A stretch of DNA of 63,175 nt, counting the filler, from Trichomonas gallinae (taxonomy: Eukaryota), in assembly GCA_008369845.1 (NCBI GenBank). It is 5 parts of 5 records of this genome, joined end to end, with 100 filler letters (N's around TTAATTAATTAA, not from the genome) between each part and the next. Parts side by side here need not be neighbours in the genome. Positions count along the whole stretch, not along the records: positions 37,148 to 59,677 come from MRSU01000051.1; 4 more parts are not named here. One strand, 5' to 3'. Made by a program: the position numbers and the translations under genes. The notes beneath the pieces are model-generated. The model worked only from the letters and a program-made list of their open reading frames with translations. It made no database searches and was not told the origin of the DNA. How positions within the stretch are numbered: position 1 is the stretch's first letter; each line of letters starts with the position of its first letter. Below, piece after piece: positions 43,183 through 55,046 of the stretch.

Positions 43183-43743
43183 ATGAAAGAAGCTCCGCGC
43201 GTTGTGATGATAGGTAACTCCGGTGTGGGCAAAACAAGTATCGTTACACGAGTGACTACTGGTCAGTATGATAGTAGTACGATGCCTACAATTGGTGCAG
43301 GAGTTACGCCTTTAAATTGGAAACTCAATGGTCAGAGTGTGAATTTTCATATATGGGATACTGCTGGTCAAGAAGTATTCCGTGAAGTTGTGCCTCTATA
43401 CTTCAGAGATGCATGTGTTGCAATTTTAGTTTATTCATGTGTTGATGAAAATTCATTTGAAAGTCTAGAGGATTGGTTAAAGATATTAAATCAACATGTA
43501 GTTGATACTATACCAATCATTGTCGTTGAAAACAAAATTGATCTTCCAAATCATACAGTTGATATGACCGTTGCAAGAAACTGGGCCCTTAGTTGTGGGT
43601 TCCAATTTTTCAATGCATCAGCTTTGACTGGAACAAACATAACTCAAATTTTTGATTCAGTTGCATATCATTGTGCTAAAATCACAATACCTGCTGATAA
43701 ACTCAAATTAAATCAACAAAAAAGCGAAAAGAAATGCTGCTAA
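43183..43743 (+). CDS. Rab-family small GTPase
   Basis: GNSGVGKT, PTIG, WDTAGQE, NKID, SAL and C-terminal CC prenylation motif. Confidence 0.95.
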   Translation: MKEAPRVVMIGNSGVGKTSIVTRVTTGQYDSSTMPTIGAGVTPLNWKLNGQSVNFHIWDTAGQEVFREVVPLYFRDACVAILVYSCVDENSFESLEDWLKILNQHVVDTIPIIVVENKIDLPNHTVDMTVARNWALSCGFQFFNASALTGTNITQIFDSVAYHCAKITIPADKLKLNQQKSEKKCC

Positions 43744-44242
43744 TTGTTTTGTATGTTATGTAAATAGAATTTTATCTTATTTTTCTAATATCGTTTTCGT
43801 TCACACGAATAATACATATTAACTGTTATTATAGTAATCAAACTGATCCTTAATAGGATGCATATGCAAGTTCTGTTCATATTTCAAAATTTGAAATCGA
43901 ATAAGGATATGAATGAATGGATAACCATTCACCAAATTACATATGTGAGCTCAAAAATCTTTATTAACATATCTAGATAAGCTGAATTTGATTGTTTCAA
44001 GTTGATGTATTATTTTCTGACAGTTTACAAAAAAAGTTGTAATGTTTTGAATTTTGCGAGAAGTTAAATTTTTGTCATGTAACGAATCATTTCCGACATG
44101 TAAAATCATGAATAAAACATCAAAATCTCAATTTTTTTTGGATTTTCGGATAATATAGCATACAAAGAGCTTAAATATTATAAAAATTTGATTATTTATG
44201 AAGAACCTTAATTTATTTCAAAAACTGACAGATTTCCTAAAA

Positions 44243-44881
44243 ATGGGTGACGACGGATTTATTGATCAATTGCTTCTCCCTCTTCCACAGGATATCAATA
44301 CAGGGACGTCCAATTTAAGCAACTTCCAAATCACAGTTACAGCCACAAAAGAAGACGCGTTTAATCCGGGTCACATCGAAGTTAAAGAAAGTATCTTTGC
44401 AGTTAAACCAGAAAAGAAGATTCAGGAACTCATCAACGATTTTATCAAACAGCATAAATTCCCGCGTGACAAAGAAACGAAGTATTACTTAGTTTATAAT
44501 AACAGACTTTTCGAAAACGGCACAATTGCTCAGGCAGGAATTACAAACAAGAAACATGTCACAATTATCGCGCCAAACAACGTCAAGAAACTCGCAGAAA
44601 ACGAAGGTTTCAAGCTTAAATTCTGGTCATATCCAGCATTATGCGTTGCTGTTGCTTTCCTTGTTGCTGGGTTGTTCTGCCAGTTCGATTACAGAATACG
44701 TGGTGCTTATGTTCTCATTGGATCATTGATCGGAGTTCCTGCTTTGCTTTGTTTCGTCGTCGGTATCACAGAAGGGTTCTCGAAAGCTACAAATACATCG
44801 TTCACTGGGGTAGAATGGTTCGGATCTTGCTATTCTGACGGATGTTGTTGCTGTTCCTGTACAAAGCGTAAGAGCGTTTAA
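44243..44881 (+). CDS. Ubiquitin-like domain + 2 TM + Cys-rich tail protein (start 44243, or 44198)
   Basis: UBL-like FAVKPEKKIQELI...YYLVYNNRLFENGTIAQAGITNKKHVTII, two hydrophobic helices, tail CYSDGCCCCSC. Confidence 0.7.
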   Translation: MGDDGFIDQLLLPLPQDINTGTSNLSNFQITVTATKEDAFNPGHIEVKESIFAVKPEKKIQELINDFIKQHKFPRDKETKYYLVYNNRLFENGTIAQAGITNKKHVTIIAPNNVKKLAENEGFKLKFWSYPALCVAVAFLVAGLFCQFDYRIRGAYVLIGSLIGVPALLCFVVGITEGFSKATNTSFTGVEWFGSCYSDGCCCCSCTKRKSV

Positions 44882-45492
44882 AGGTATTGTTCCTTTGTTA
44901 ATAATGAAATTAAATGTATCTTTTTTATTTTATTTTTCTTATTTATTTTACACTTTCAAATTCCATAAAATTCATCAACAAAACATCAAAAATTCTCTTA
45001 ATTTCTCCTTCAACAGCATTAGTATCATATTTAACCTTGATTTGACTTAAAATCAATTAAAATTCAAAATCAAATTAAGCATAATAACAGCTGATAACCA
45101 GTTGAAATCAGCTAATTATAGAGATATATGGTTTCATAATGTTGTATTGCGATTATTCTAGTATAGACAAAAAATGTGATTGATTTTTAACTTTATATTG
45201 CTAAAATCCAACAAATAACATAAGAGATAATTGCATATTTACATAATCATTATATATTTAAACATTATGACAATTATATATGTAGATCAATGTGCTCTAA
45301 ATTAGTTATTGCAATAATGCATAAAATTGTTTAATATCCTTTTTCTTCTGCTCATTGTCATCATGCAGACAAATTATAATATTATATGATATGTTTCAAG
45401 TAAAAACATTTTTTGACAATTTGACATGTTAATTTATTAGAAACTTTACACGTCAAAAAATAAAAATTTTCGAAATCAAAAACGTGACATGA

Positions 45493-47700
45493 ATGCTTCA
45501 TCTTTTCCTATTTTTTGGGTCTTGCAAATTTTTAACGCTCGACATAGGATCTGCATTCACTAAAGGATACATATTCGAAGACATGAAGCAACCGGAAATT
45601 GCTTTAAACCTTCTTGGAAGGCGATTAACACCAACATATATCGGATTTCGAGCAGATAAAGCTTTCAATATATCAGGACCAGTTCCAATTTCTCCAAAGG
45701 AAGGATATTTGCTGACAGCTACGATCGGAGACAAAGCATTACAATACATAAAACACAGACCTTGGTCTGCTACAGGCCATTTAACGAATTTCATCGATAT
45801 AACACCAGAAAAGCAGGAAGCAATTGCAAAGAGATTCTATGTGAATACCTCTGCCGCTAGAATTCCAATGGAAAATCTTTTACCGATGTTCATCCAGTTA
45901 ATGGCGAGAGAACTGCGACCAGATGAACAAGTTACTGGTATTTCTGTATCTGTGCCAACACATTATTCAGTTGTTCAACGACAAATCATAAGAAATGCAA
46001 TTATGGCTACAGGAATCTACTGCGATGTTGTATGCGATGAGGCAACAGCAGTAGCAACTGCTTATGTAGTTTCCAAGCCAAAATCCTTCCAAAATCATAG
46101 AATGAATGTTTTATTCATCGATATTGGTGCATCTTCATCCAAAGCTTACATTTACAACTTCTACATGAAAACAGATACATCTCCACCAGAGATAACACGC
46201 AAATCTTACGCTTACGACGACTCAATCGGTGGAGATGATTTAACAATATCATTAGCAAACTATATTATTGAAACACAAGGCATTGCCAATGTCACAAACC
46301 AAGAGTTCTTCAAAATACTCGAACTTGCAGACAAAATAAAGAAGAAATTGAGCTTAACACAAAGAGTCGAAGAAATCTACGAAGATAATAATGGAACAGA
46401 CCACACAATCGTCATCACGCGCAAGGAATTCAATAAGCTCTGCAAGCCTTTACTGCATTCAGTGCTGAATGTCATAAGAATCGCGTGCAGGAGCATTTAT
46501 CCGAGCGAAGTTGAGATCATTGGTGGATCATCGAGAATTCCATATATAGCCGACAAGATAAAAGAAGCTGTACACATGCTAAATCATTCCCTTAATTCAG
46601 ACGAAGCAATTGCTTATGGAGCGAGCTTGGTAACACAGCAGGCTCTGGGAAGAAGCTTATACAGGAAGTTTATCTACCAAAACAATTTTTCTGCTCATTC
46701 AGTTTCCATCAAATCATCAGACGAACTAATTCCAATCGCTGAATATGGCAAACCAATTCTACCGCAGATAGTCTTCGACGGAACAGTCAAGTATCTACCA
46801 TTCGTGTATACTGATGGCTTGGCTGATGGCGTGCAGCACAAAACATTCGTTTATTCAGCCGACACGCAAAAAGAATATAACTACACAGTTGTTGGTTTCG
46901 CTCAAGAACCATTGGATGTTTATGCAATTGATGGATGCAATGATACTAAAAATTGCGAGACAATCGATTCAAAGATTTTATTACATTTTATCAAGAACTC
47001 GACAATTTTAACAACGGTTATGGGAAAATTCGACAGCGAGAGAAGATTATTGATAAATAGAAAATCAATAGAAAAATTGTCGTCAAGGATACTTAAAGAA
47101 CTCAAATTCAACATGACAGTGAAACTGTTTTCAACAGATGACGAAAGAAAACTAATAACAGAAACAGCTAAAAACGCTCAGCATTTTCTAGAAGAAAGTT
47201 ATGAAGAACTGGATCCAGAAGTCTTCGAAGAAGAATACAAAAAACTGAAGAATGCAACTGATATAGTTTACAACAGAATATCAGAGAACACGACAATGAC
47301 ATTGGCCATGAACAGATTCTACCAACTCATTCATATATCAGAGCATTTCGCATTCTTCGAAGTTCCAATCAACAAAAGTTTCGTTGGACAAAAGAACATT
47401 CTTAAATTGCAAAGACTAGTTAATGAATCCAAGAAATTCTTCAACAGTGTTGCTGAGACATTGAATAATTCGCCACTATCACAGGACAGATCTATTAAGG
47501 CGAAAAACATACAGGATAGTTACGTAGAGTTGGTCGATTTCATGGAGAAAGTGAGAGCAATGAAACCTTACGTCAAAAAAGAAGAAGAAAAGAAAGAAAA
47601 AGGATTCTTGTCTTCATTCTTCGGAAAGATAAGAGAAAAAATGCAATCTGACACAGATTTTACACCTGATGTTGATGTTATTGAAGATGATGAGCTTTAA
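45493..47700 (+). CDS. ER Hsp70-superfamily chaperone (HYOU1/Grp170/Lhs1-like)
   Basis: Signal peptide, LDIGS, RLTPTYIGF, IDIGASSSK, IGGSSRIP, LNSDEAIAYGA and C-terminal DDEL. Confidence 0.85.
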   Translation: MLHLFLFFGSCKFLTLDIGSAFTKGYIFEDMKQPEIALNLLGRRLTPTYIGFRADKAFNISGPVPISPKEGYLLTATIGDKALQYIKHRPWSATGHLTNFIDITPEKQEAIAKRFYVNTSAARIPMENLLPMFIQLMARELRPDEQVTGISVSVPTHYSVVQRQIIRNAIMATGIYCDVVCDEATAVATAYVVSKPKSFQNHRMNVLFIDIGASSSKAYIYNFYMKTDTSPPEITRKSYAYDDSIGGDDLTISLANYIIETQGIANVTNQEFFKILELADKIKKKLSLTQRVEEIYEDNNGTDHTIVITRKEFNKLCKPLLHSVLNVIRIACRSIYPSEVEIIGGSSRIPYIADKIKEAVHMLNHSLNSDEAIAYGASLVTQQALGRSLYRKFIYQNNFSAHSVSIKSSDELIPIAEYGKPILPQIVFDGTVKYLPFVYTDGLADGVQHKTFVYSADTQKEYNYTVVGFAQEPLDVYAIDGCNDTKNCETIDSKILLHFIKNSTILTTVMGKFDSERRLLINRKSIEKLSSRILKELKFNMTVKLFSTDDERKLITETAKNAQHFLEESYEELDPEVFEEEYKKLKNATDIVYNRISENTTMTLAMNRFYQLIHISEHFAFFEVPINKSFVGQKNILKLQRLVNESKKFFNSVAETLNNSPLSQDRSIKAKNIQDSYVELVDFMEKVRAMKPYVKKEEEKKEKGFLSSFFGKIREKMQSDTDFTPDVDVIEDDEL

Positions 47701-48084
47701 TTTTTTTTTCAATAAATGTTTATAATTTTATTAATTTCATAATTTTGTTTTTTTCACAAATTTGCTTTAAAATTATCGATCATATGAACTCAAAGCGGGA
47801 ATTTGATAGCATAATTATTTAATATTAATTTTGAATTATAAAATTTCATGATAGAATTGTTTTTAATCCATATTTAATACAAATTAACACAAAGAAGATG
47901 TTTGACAAATTATTTTTTTTAATATAGTCATTATTAATTTTATCGAAAAAATATTCATAATAAAATACAATTTTGATGGTAAAATGTAGTTGTCTATGGT
48001 GATATAAGTATATGTATTATGTTAAAATTGCGTAGTTAGCATAATAACATTCAAATCAAAATTTTATAAAATAAAGACAAATTC

Positions 48085-49470
48085 TTAGGCGAATAAGTTC
48101 ACTGCCTTGATGATGGCAAGCCAAATCAAATAGACTGGCAACACAAGAATCATTGTCCAGTACATTCCGTAAGTAGCAGCGGATGTCTTCCATCCAGCCT
48201 GATCAGACAACTGGTAGCCGTACATTGATACTGGAGCAATGTTAACAATAGTCAAGAATCTTGCGATATCGCGATCGAGGCCTAAAGCGTAGCCAAATGC
48301 AATAGCGAGGAGTGGCTTGATGATGAAATGGAAGATGCAGGCGAAAATAACATCAACAATTGGGGCACCTTTGAATGGATGAAATGCAATAAATGTTCCC
48401 GCGACAAACAAGCCAGCGCAGATACTGGCCTTCTCAAGATCGAATGTGAATGACTCAAGGAAGTTCCACATCACAAGATGAGTGAAAGAAACACCTAAAC
48501 TCCAGAACAAGCCAATAATTGCGCAAATGTTGTGTTGGTTAACGAAAGCATACATCATTATGAGCCACTTAGGGTAATACCACCTCTTTTCTGGCTTTTG
48601 GTCTGATTCTGCGACATCTGCTGGTTTTTGTTCTTCATCCTTTCCACTTTCGACGTTGACTTCGTGACCACTTGAGCTGTTTTCTTTATCAGTTGAGTTT
48701 TCATCTGTCTTCTTTTCTTCTTGGCTTGAAGATTCTTGCTTATTTTCGTCTGTCTTCTTTTCTTCTGGTTTTTCGGAATCATTTGCCTCCTTTGCGTCTA
48801 TATTATCATTATGATCAGCAGGTTTCTTTGGTAGACCATGGTTATCAACAGAATGTTCGGATTTTTCTTCATCTTTTGGAATATCTGGAAGTTCAACCTT
48901 GTCACTGTTCTCTTCGACCTCCTTTTCAGAACGCTGCTTTGGTTCTAATGGAACAGTGTCCTCATCTACAGGATCAGACATCTTATTGAAAGATTTCTCA
49001 GCATCTGGAACGTAAATCAATACTAATATCATATGCGCTGAGTGTACCAAGAGTGTCTGAACGAACATAGCCATTGCGGAATAATGATTGAAGTCTTGTG
49101 TGAATAAAATTTGAGAAAATGGATAACCATACCAAAAGAAGTCAGATTCAGTGAAAGCAATTGAAATTTCAGTAAATTTCTCCATAATTGATTTCTTTCC
49201 GTGGAAAACTGAGCAATAAACGAACGCGAGAATATGTAAAATTGCTTGGATAATAATTGCGTGGACGAAAGTAAGCCATGTTTGCACAGTAAATGGAGCT
49301 GTTGCAATCTCATAGAACATCATTGTCGCAATCGGAATCATATATAATAATCTTCTCACTCTTTTCATGTTTTCAGGAGTAAAGAACTTGATAAAGCCGA
49401 ATATAGCACCAACCAATAGCGTGGTAAATATAACCATCGTAATCTGAAGGGCATCAGTGTACTTGTACAT
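48085..49470 (-). CDS. Auxin efflux carrier (AEC/Mem_trans) family transporter
   Basis: Two TM bundles separated by a charged loop, with YGYPF, GLFVAG and HFIIKPL motifs. Confidence 0.8.
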   Translation of the reverse strand: MYKYTDALQITMVIFTTLLVGAIFGFIKFFTPENMKRVRRLLYMIPIATMMFYEIATAPFTVQTWLTFVHAIIIQAILHILAFVYCSVFHGKKSIMEKFTEISIAFTESDFFWYGYPFSQILFTQDFNHYSAMAMFVQTLLVHSAHMILVLIYVPDAEKSFNKMSDPVDEDTVPLEPKQRSEKEVEENSDKVELPDIPKDEEKSEHSVDNHGLPKKPADHNDNIDAKEANDSEKPEEKKTDENKQESSSQEEKKTDENSTDKENSSSGHEVNVESGKDEEQKPADVAESDQKPEKRWYYPKWLIMMYAFVNQHNICAIIGLFWSLGVSFTHLVMWNFLESFTFDLEKASICAGLFVAGTFIAFHPFKGAPIVDVIFACIFHFIIKPLLAIAFGYALGLDRDIARFLTIVNIAPVSMYGYQLSDQAGWKTSAATYGMYWTMILVLPVYLIWLAIIKAVNLFA

Positions 49471-49544
49471 GTTTTAGTGATTTTTAAAAATATTCTGATC
49501 GTCGTTCTTTCAATGGATTTAATCGTATCGCAAAATTAACCATA

Positions 49545-49765
49545 TATTATTATGCTTTATAATTTATTATGATAGTATTTTATTTTCAAATTTATTTCTC
49601 AAAGCGATCAAAAATAAAACATTTGTAATATTATGTATTTTAATGTTTTATGTTTTATTATGATAGTTTCGTTTTTTTTTTTAATTTCTCAAAGCGATCA
49701 AATGAAAAATTGTTGTAAAATTATATATTATTGTGTTTTATGCTTTATTATGATAGTTTTTTTCT
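49545..49765. repeat. Degenerate direct repeat, about 90-bp unit x ~2.5, upstream of the AEC gene
   Basis: TTTCTCAAAGCGATCAAA at ~49595 and ~49685; TTATTATGATAGT at ~49563, ~49655 and ~49745. Confidence 0.8.
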
Positions 49766-50832
49766 AAATTTAAATTTTGTCACGTTTTTTATAGGTCCTA
49801 AAAATCGAAAAACAATATGAAAAATAGTTTATTTTCAGTTGTGTAAATAAAAATGAGGGAGAATTATCCATTGAAATTTTATTGTTTTTGAGAGCTGATT
49901 GTTCGACGATCATTACACCCTCAATTAAAAATATACAGGGGGAGCAACCACTTCAAAATATAAATTTAAGGGGTTGCCACCTATTCAAAGTTGATAGAAA
50001 AATTGACAGCTGATCGGGCATATTTGATTTAACAACGTAAATATGTTTTTGGTAATGCGAATATCATTGATGACTAAAAATTTCGGACTGAAATTGATAA
50101 ACAATCAATTTGCGTTCATGACAATAGCAAATACGGTTTATGGATTGGATACGAGAGTAAATAATTTAACTTCTCAATGTTGCTCTATAATTTACTATAA
50201 AATATAAATATCTTAAAGATTTCGAATTGTTGATTATTTTCTTTGAATCTAAACAAGCCTTACTCGTTTTAAAATATTCAAATTTAGAGATCAAGAATAT
50301 TTTTATACTTAGAGGTTAACAATTTGTTTAATTATTTTTAAATGCTCGTTTAATTAAGCATTATCCATCATTTGACTTTAGAATCTAAAGTATATCGTAT
50401 AGGTTGCCTCATTTATACATATAATTTTGCTTTTATCATCAAAATTCTTATGTGAATAAAATCTTTTAGGGTTAATAGGGTGGACTGGTTTGCCTTTCAA
50501 TTCCATTTTAAATACAAAGTCGAACCATAATAATAAAAGTTTTCTATACCATTTTTTTTTTCAAATTTAATGAGACTATGATAATGCTGCGCAATAGTTC
50601 AAATCCGACAACTATATCAATATACAAGCACCACACTAGTTATTTTATTTAAGCAGATATGAATGTTAAAAATAAATATTCAATTCCATATGCTGATGAA
50701 AGATTCGCTCGTAAATTTTATGCAATTAACTTTAATATTATATAAAATGCTTCATTATATCAATAAAAATATATTGCCATGATTAATATTAAACAAATGT
50801 TAAAACACATTAAAATATTGAATAAAATATGA

Positions 50833-52149
50833 TTAGAAACTTGCATCAAGTATGTTTTCACATTCATCAGAAAGGAAATCATTCGATTCATTAAAATCTA
50901 TAATGTGCCCTTCTTGATCGACAACAATTTTCATATCAATAGCATTTAACTGTTTCTCATTATTGGCGGCTATTTGGCATTGATCGACCACGTGTTTGTG
51001 TCGAATCTCATATATACAAACACTGATAATTGCAGTGACTATTACAACAATAACACCAACAACTCCATATATAATAATTGCTCTTTTTGATAAGGATGAA
51101 GACTTCTGGTTGCTCAATGAATTAGTTGCCCTAATACTAGGTGTATGTGAGTTGACTTGGTTAGTATCAGTTGGTGTTTTAATTATTTTTTTGATAAAAA
51201 TTTTCATTGTTGAATTTATCGATGATTCCATTCCATTACTATCAATGCATTTCAAAGTTATTGTGTGCTCTCCTTCTGATAGATCAGAACTGATATTGAA
51301 ATCAACATTTAAGGGCAATTTTGTGTCACTATTTATATCGAAATACTTCGCTAAAATCCATTTTTCTGATTCATCGACGTAGTAATATACAGACAAATTT
51401 TCTGCAACATCAATCTTGCTTATCGAGAGTTTAACATTAATATCATCACCTTTTGAGTATTCTGTAATATTATTTGATATAACATTGAACTCAGGTTCAA
51501 TTCCTTGAACCTGAATTGGAAAAGTTTGATTTGAAGATAATCCATCATTATCCATCACAAATACTGTAATATTATTTTGGCCGATATGTGCAGAATCAAG
51601 TGAAATGTTGATTGAGAAAGGAATTGTTTCAGTGGTTTTTTCTTTTGTTATATTGAATGATCTAATGTTTTTATTATTTAACAAAACTTTGAATATCAGA
51701 TTTGTACTGTCCCAATCAGTTACATTCCCATTAATTGACAATACATCCTTTCTGGTGTAATTCTTTATATCAGCAGATGCTGTAATGTTTGGTCTATATA
51801 GAATAGAATAACTAATTGCTTGTTCACTAATTGGAAAAGAACAAACTGTGGGAAAATAAAGGAATGGTCCAAAATCATTGATTCTACTTATTTCGAAACT
51901 ATTCTTATACTTGATATGTATTTGCCCATTTTGCACAGCTATATTCTCTTCGAAAATAACTTGGCTGTTTTTCACTAGATTCCATTTCTTGTCATTAAAT
52001 CTTTGACATGTTTCTTCATCAACTGAGAAATCAAATGAAACGTCTTGAAATTGATCTTCTGGATATATCAATATAATATCATTACCTTTGGAATTAGCCA
52101 TGGAGTTCTCTTTTATATGGATGAGCAGCAGTGCGTAGATAAACATCAT
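50833..52149 (-). CDS. Type I membrane surface protein with Ig-like/Bap-like beta-sandwich repeats
   Basis: Two repeats ending GQNNITVFVMDNDGLSS and GEHTITLKCIDSNGMES, S/T-rich stalk, TM and acidic cytoplasmic tail. Confidence 0.7.
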   Translation of the reverse strand: MMFIYALLLIHIKENSMANSKGNDIILIYPEDQFQDVSFDFSVDEETCQRFNDKKWNLVKNSQVIFEENIAVQNGQIHIKYKNSFEISRINDFGPFLYFPTVCSFPISEQAISYSILYRPNITASADIKNYTRKDVLSINGNVTDWDSTNLIFKVLLNNKNIRSFNITKEKTTETIPFSINISLDSAHIGQNNITVFVMDNDGLSSNQTFPIQVQGIEPEFNVISNNITEYSKGDDINVKLSISKIDVAENLSVYYYVDESEKWILAKYFDINSDTKLPLNVDFNISSDLSEGEHTITLKCIDSNGMESSINSTMKIFIKKIIKTPTDTNQVNSHTPSIRATNSLSNQKSSSLSKRAIIIYGVVGVIVVIVTAIISVCIYEIRHKHVVDQCQIAANNEKQLNAIDMKIVVDQEGHIIDFNESNDFLSDECENILDASF

Positions 52150-52837
52150 AAAATGCTATCCACAGTTTTTCTGTCAACATTCAAAATTGAAACAAAACAA
52201 ATTCCAGTCAATCTTAAATCTTCCTCACAAATATAAATTCCATGTTTGTTCAACTAATAATGACATCTACTACATGATTATTAAAAGTTGCAATCAACCA
52301 TATTTTTAAACGGTCAGATTTTGCGAATGAAAATGCCATTGCAATCGACAAATTCATATGGCATACATGTGTATTTATATGATTTGTACAAATGTTTCAT
52401 ATTAAATCCTGTGGTTCATAAAAATAAATAATATTTCCGGTCTTCAATGTGATTTTTTCCAATTATAGCTCGAGTAATATCTTTTTCAGCATAATATGAT
52501 ATTGTTGACACTATTGATACAATCTAATTGATGAGATTGTCAATATAAATTTTTATCAAAATAGATATGAAACATGATTAAGATATTTAAACTATCCATT
52601 CCATCTGTAATACTATTAAAGTTATAAATGCATATTAATTAACAGTTTTTAGTTGTATATTGCGGAATTGCAAATAATCATAAATGATATAAAAGGATGT
52701 CATCAATGAGTTTAAATTCCATTTAAAACATCATTTTACATTAGTAATTAGCCATATACGATTACTTAAGTAAATTTTAAATTGATTATAAGATTTACCG
52801 CAAAATTAATTTAAAAATATCCTATAATGGAAATTAA

Positions 52838-53201
52838 TAACTCCTTTGACAAAAGAAAATTCAAACATTGAAAATATTGCCATGTAAATTTTTTACACGG
52901 CATAAATCAAACAATTAAAATTATACTAAAAATGAACATTCTAATTAAATTTGTAGCATGAAAATCTAATAAATAGATACATCTTTAGACATAGATATAA
53001 GATATAGAATATAATAGAACCAAATAACTCCCTTATCAAAGAAAATCAAATTTAAATTTTCAAATATTGCCATGTAAATATTTTACATGACATAAATATA
53101 AACTATTAAAATTGTAACAAAAGTGAACATTCCAATTGAATTTATAGTATAAAAACATAATGAATAGATATAATTATATACATATATGAGATATAGAATA
53201 T
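52838..53201. repeat. Tandem duplication, about 190 bp x 2, each copy with an inverted pair of TGNCRYGTAAA motifs
   Basis: ATATTGCCATGTAAA at 52874 and 53064, each followed by TTTACAYGRCA (52892, 53082), with shared TGAACATTC and AGATATAGAATAT blocks. Confidence 0.8.
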
Positions 53202-53279
53202 CGCGGTGTTACACGACGATAACTTCGGCGTTACTTTACTTTTTTTCTTACATCGCTCAAAAGGAAAAAAAAAATTAAT

Positions 53280-54476
53280 ATGAAAGGGAAAAACTATAAG
53301 AACATAGATACAGGAATAGAAAAGATCCGCGCGATCTACCTGAACTCTGTTGCTGACGCCATTGTCAACAACACGATGAATTATGAATCGAATTTCAAGC
53401 CTGTTCCAGATAATCTTGCAACAAGGATTGCTCAAGAGTTCGTAATGGACTTCTTGAAATCGCATCAGATGGATGCTGCTTTCAGGGAGATATCAATTGA
53501 ATCACACGACGTCATCAAACAAGAAAGAACACATAAATTCATCGCGAGGAAATTGAACTTAGATCCAAAGAAGCCATTCTTTAGGCAGATAAGAGAGGAG
53601 CTCGATATCAAGACAGTCACTGAAACTGTTGATGGCGACTACTTGAAACTTCCGAAACCATCAATCAAATTAACGCAGCAGCCAAATCAGCCACATGACA
53701 CATACATCAAATCGCAGGATATGTCCGAATTCACTGGACTCCTCGAATCGCGCACGCAAACACAAACAGGCGAATCTCGTCAAAAACACCACAAGAAAGA
53801 AAAAACAGTCGATGCAGCACCTAAATCGATCCAGAGCAGAGGTCTCAAGTCAAAATCTTCTGCTTTGTCAACAAGAGAACATTATACAGGATTGACTCCA
53901 ACATTAACTTCTCTTCAGACAAAGACATTCATCCAGCCAACACAGGAGGAGCCACCAAAGGATATCATTGTTACAAAAACAGGTGAAAACCTTTATGAAC
54001 TTTTCCAATTTGATGGAGTCCACGAAATCGGCCCAGCGACAAGGATGATGCTCGAAATAAAGCAAAAGATGGTCGAGCGTGAGACAGCTTACGAAAGAAT
54101 TCCAGTTGCTGATACAACCGTTCAATCTGAGGAATTAAAGACAAATACAACTCTCCGCAGCCTCCAGACAAGGCCAAAGGAGTCTGGCATTAGTACAAAG
54201 GACTCAGCTCCTTCAACAAAGGAATCTACAAAATCTACAAAATCAACAAAATCAAAGAAGTCATCTCACTCGACAAAGGACTCAGCACCATCAACGCACG
54301 AGTCTGTCAAGTCGAAATCAGGCACTCATACTAAGTCAGGAACACATACACATGAATCAGTATCAAAGAAAAAGACAGGAGAAGCCAGCTCTGATGCACA
54401 CGTATCTAATTCATATGAGGAAGAAGAAGGCGCAGAAGAAGAATCAATATACGTTGAAGTCTCGAATAGCAATTAA
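53280..54476 (+). CDS. Hypothetical protein with LisH-like N-terminal motif and S/T/K-rich low-complexity tail
   Basis: AQEFVMDFLKSHQMDAAFREISIES is LisH-like. STK/SGTHT repeats and an acidic end follow. Confidence 0.7.
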   Translation: MKGKNYKNIDTGIEKIRAIYLNSVADAIVNNTMNYESNFKPVPDNLATRIAQEFVMDFLKSHQMDAAFREISIESHDVIKQERTHKFIARKLNLDPKKPFFRQIREELDIKTVTETVDGDYLKLPKPSIKLTQQPNQPHDTYIKSQDMSEFTGLLESRTQTQTGESRQKHHKKEKTVDAAPKSIQSRGLKSKSSALSTREHYTGLTPTLTSLQTKTFIQPTQEEPPKDIIVTKTGENLYELFQFDGVHEIGPATRMMLEIKQKMVERETAYERIPVADTTVQSEELKTNTTLRSLQTRPKESGISTKDSAPSTKESTKSTKSTKSKKSSHSTKDSAPSTHESVKSKSGTHTKSGTHTHESVSKKKTGEASSDAHVSNSYEEEEGAEEESIYVEVSNSN

Positions 54477-54632
54477 ATATCTAAAAATTTATTATTTTTC
54501 GTCTTAAATATATTCATTTTTGGCCATATGAAGCATAATTAATTGTTAAGAAGTAAATTTGAGAATTAAAAAATTCTTTATTTGATCAAATCACACTTCT
54601 ACCGTAAACAACATAGGCATTTGTTTATCCGC

Positions 54633-55046
54633 TTACTTGATCTTGGCGATGAACTCGTTCATATCTGTGGACTTCTCTTCTGTCTCATCGCAAACGCCCA
54701 TGTCGCAGATTTTAGAAGCTCCGAGAGCAGCAAGCTTTGTCTCGATCTTCTTAGCGAAGCCAACGAAGCTGCGCTTGTAGTTAGCAGAGCCAACACCAAA
54801 AACGGCAAATTTGGCCTTGCTGAGATCACCTGTCCAAGCGTTGAACTCAGCGAACCAATCTCTGTATTCAGCTGGTGGATCACCACGGCCATATGTAGCT
54901 GGAACGAAGATGATTTTTTCAAACTTAGCGAATTCCTCTGGTTTTGTATCCTTGGCGTCTCTAACTGGGAAGGATGTCTCCTTGGCGATCTGCTCGGCGA
55001 TGCCTTTGGCTGTGCCTTGCTCACTTGCGTAAATAATTACACTCAT
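54633..55046 (-). CDS. Flavodoxin (short-chain)
   Basis: IIYASEQGTAKGIA, ATYGRGDPP, FAVFGVGSANY and FVGFAK. ATG at 55046 follows AAAGGTGAC. Confidence 0.92.
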   Translation of the reverse strand: MSVIIYASEQGTAKGIAEQIAKETSFPVRDAKDTKPEEFAKFEKIIFVPATYGRGDPPAEYRDWFAEFNAWTGDLSKAKFAVFGVGSANYKRSFVGFAKKIETKLAALGASKICDMGVCDETEEKSTDMNEFIAKIK

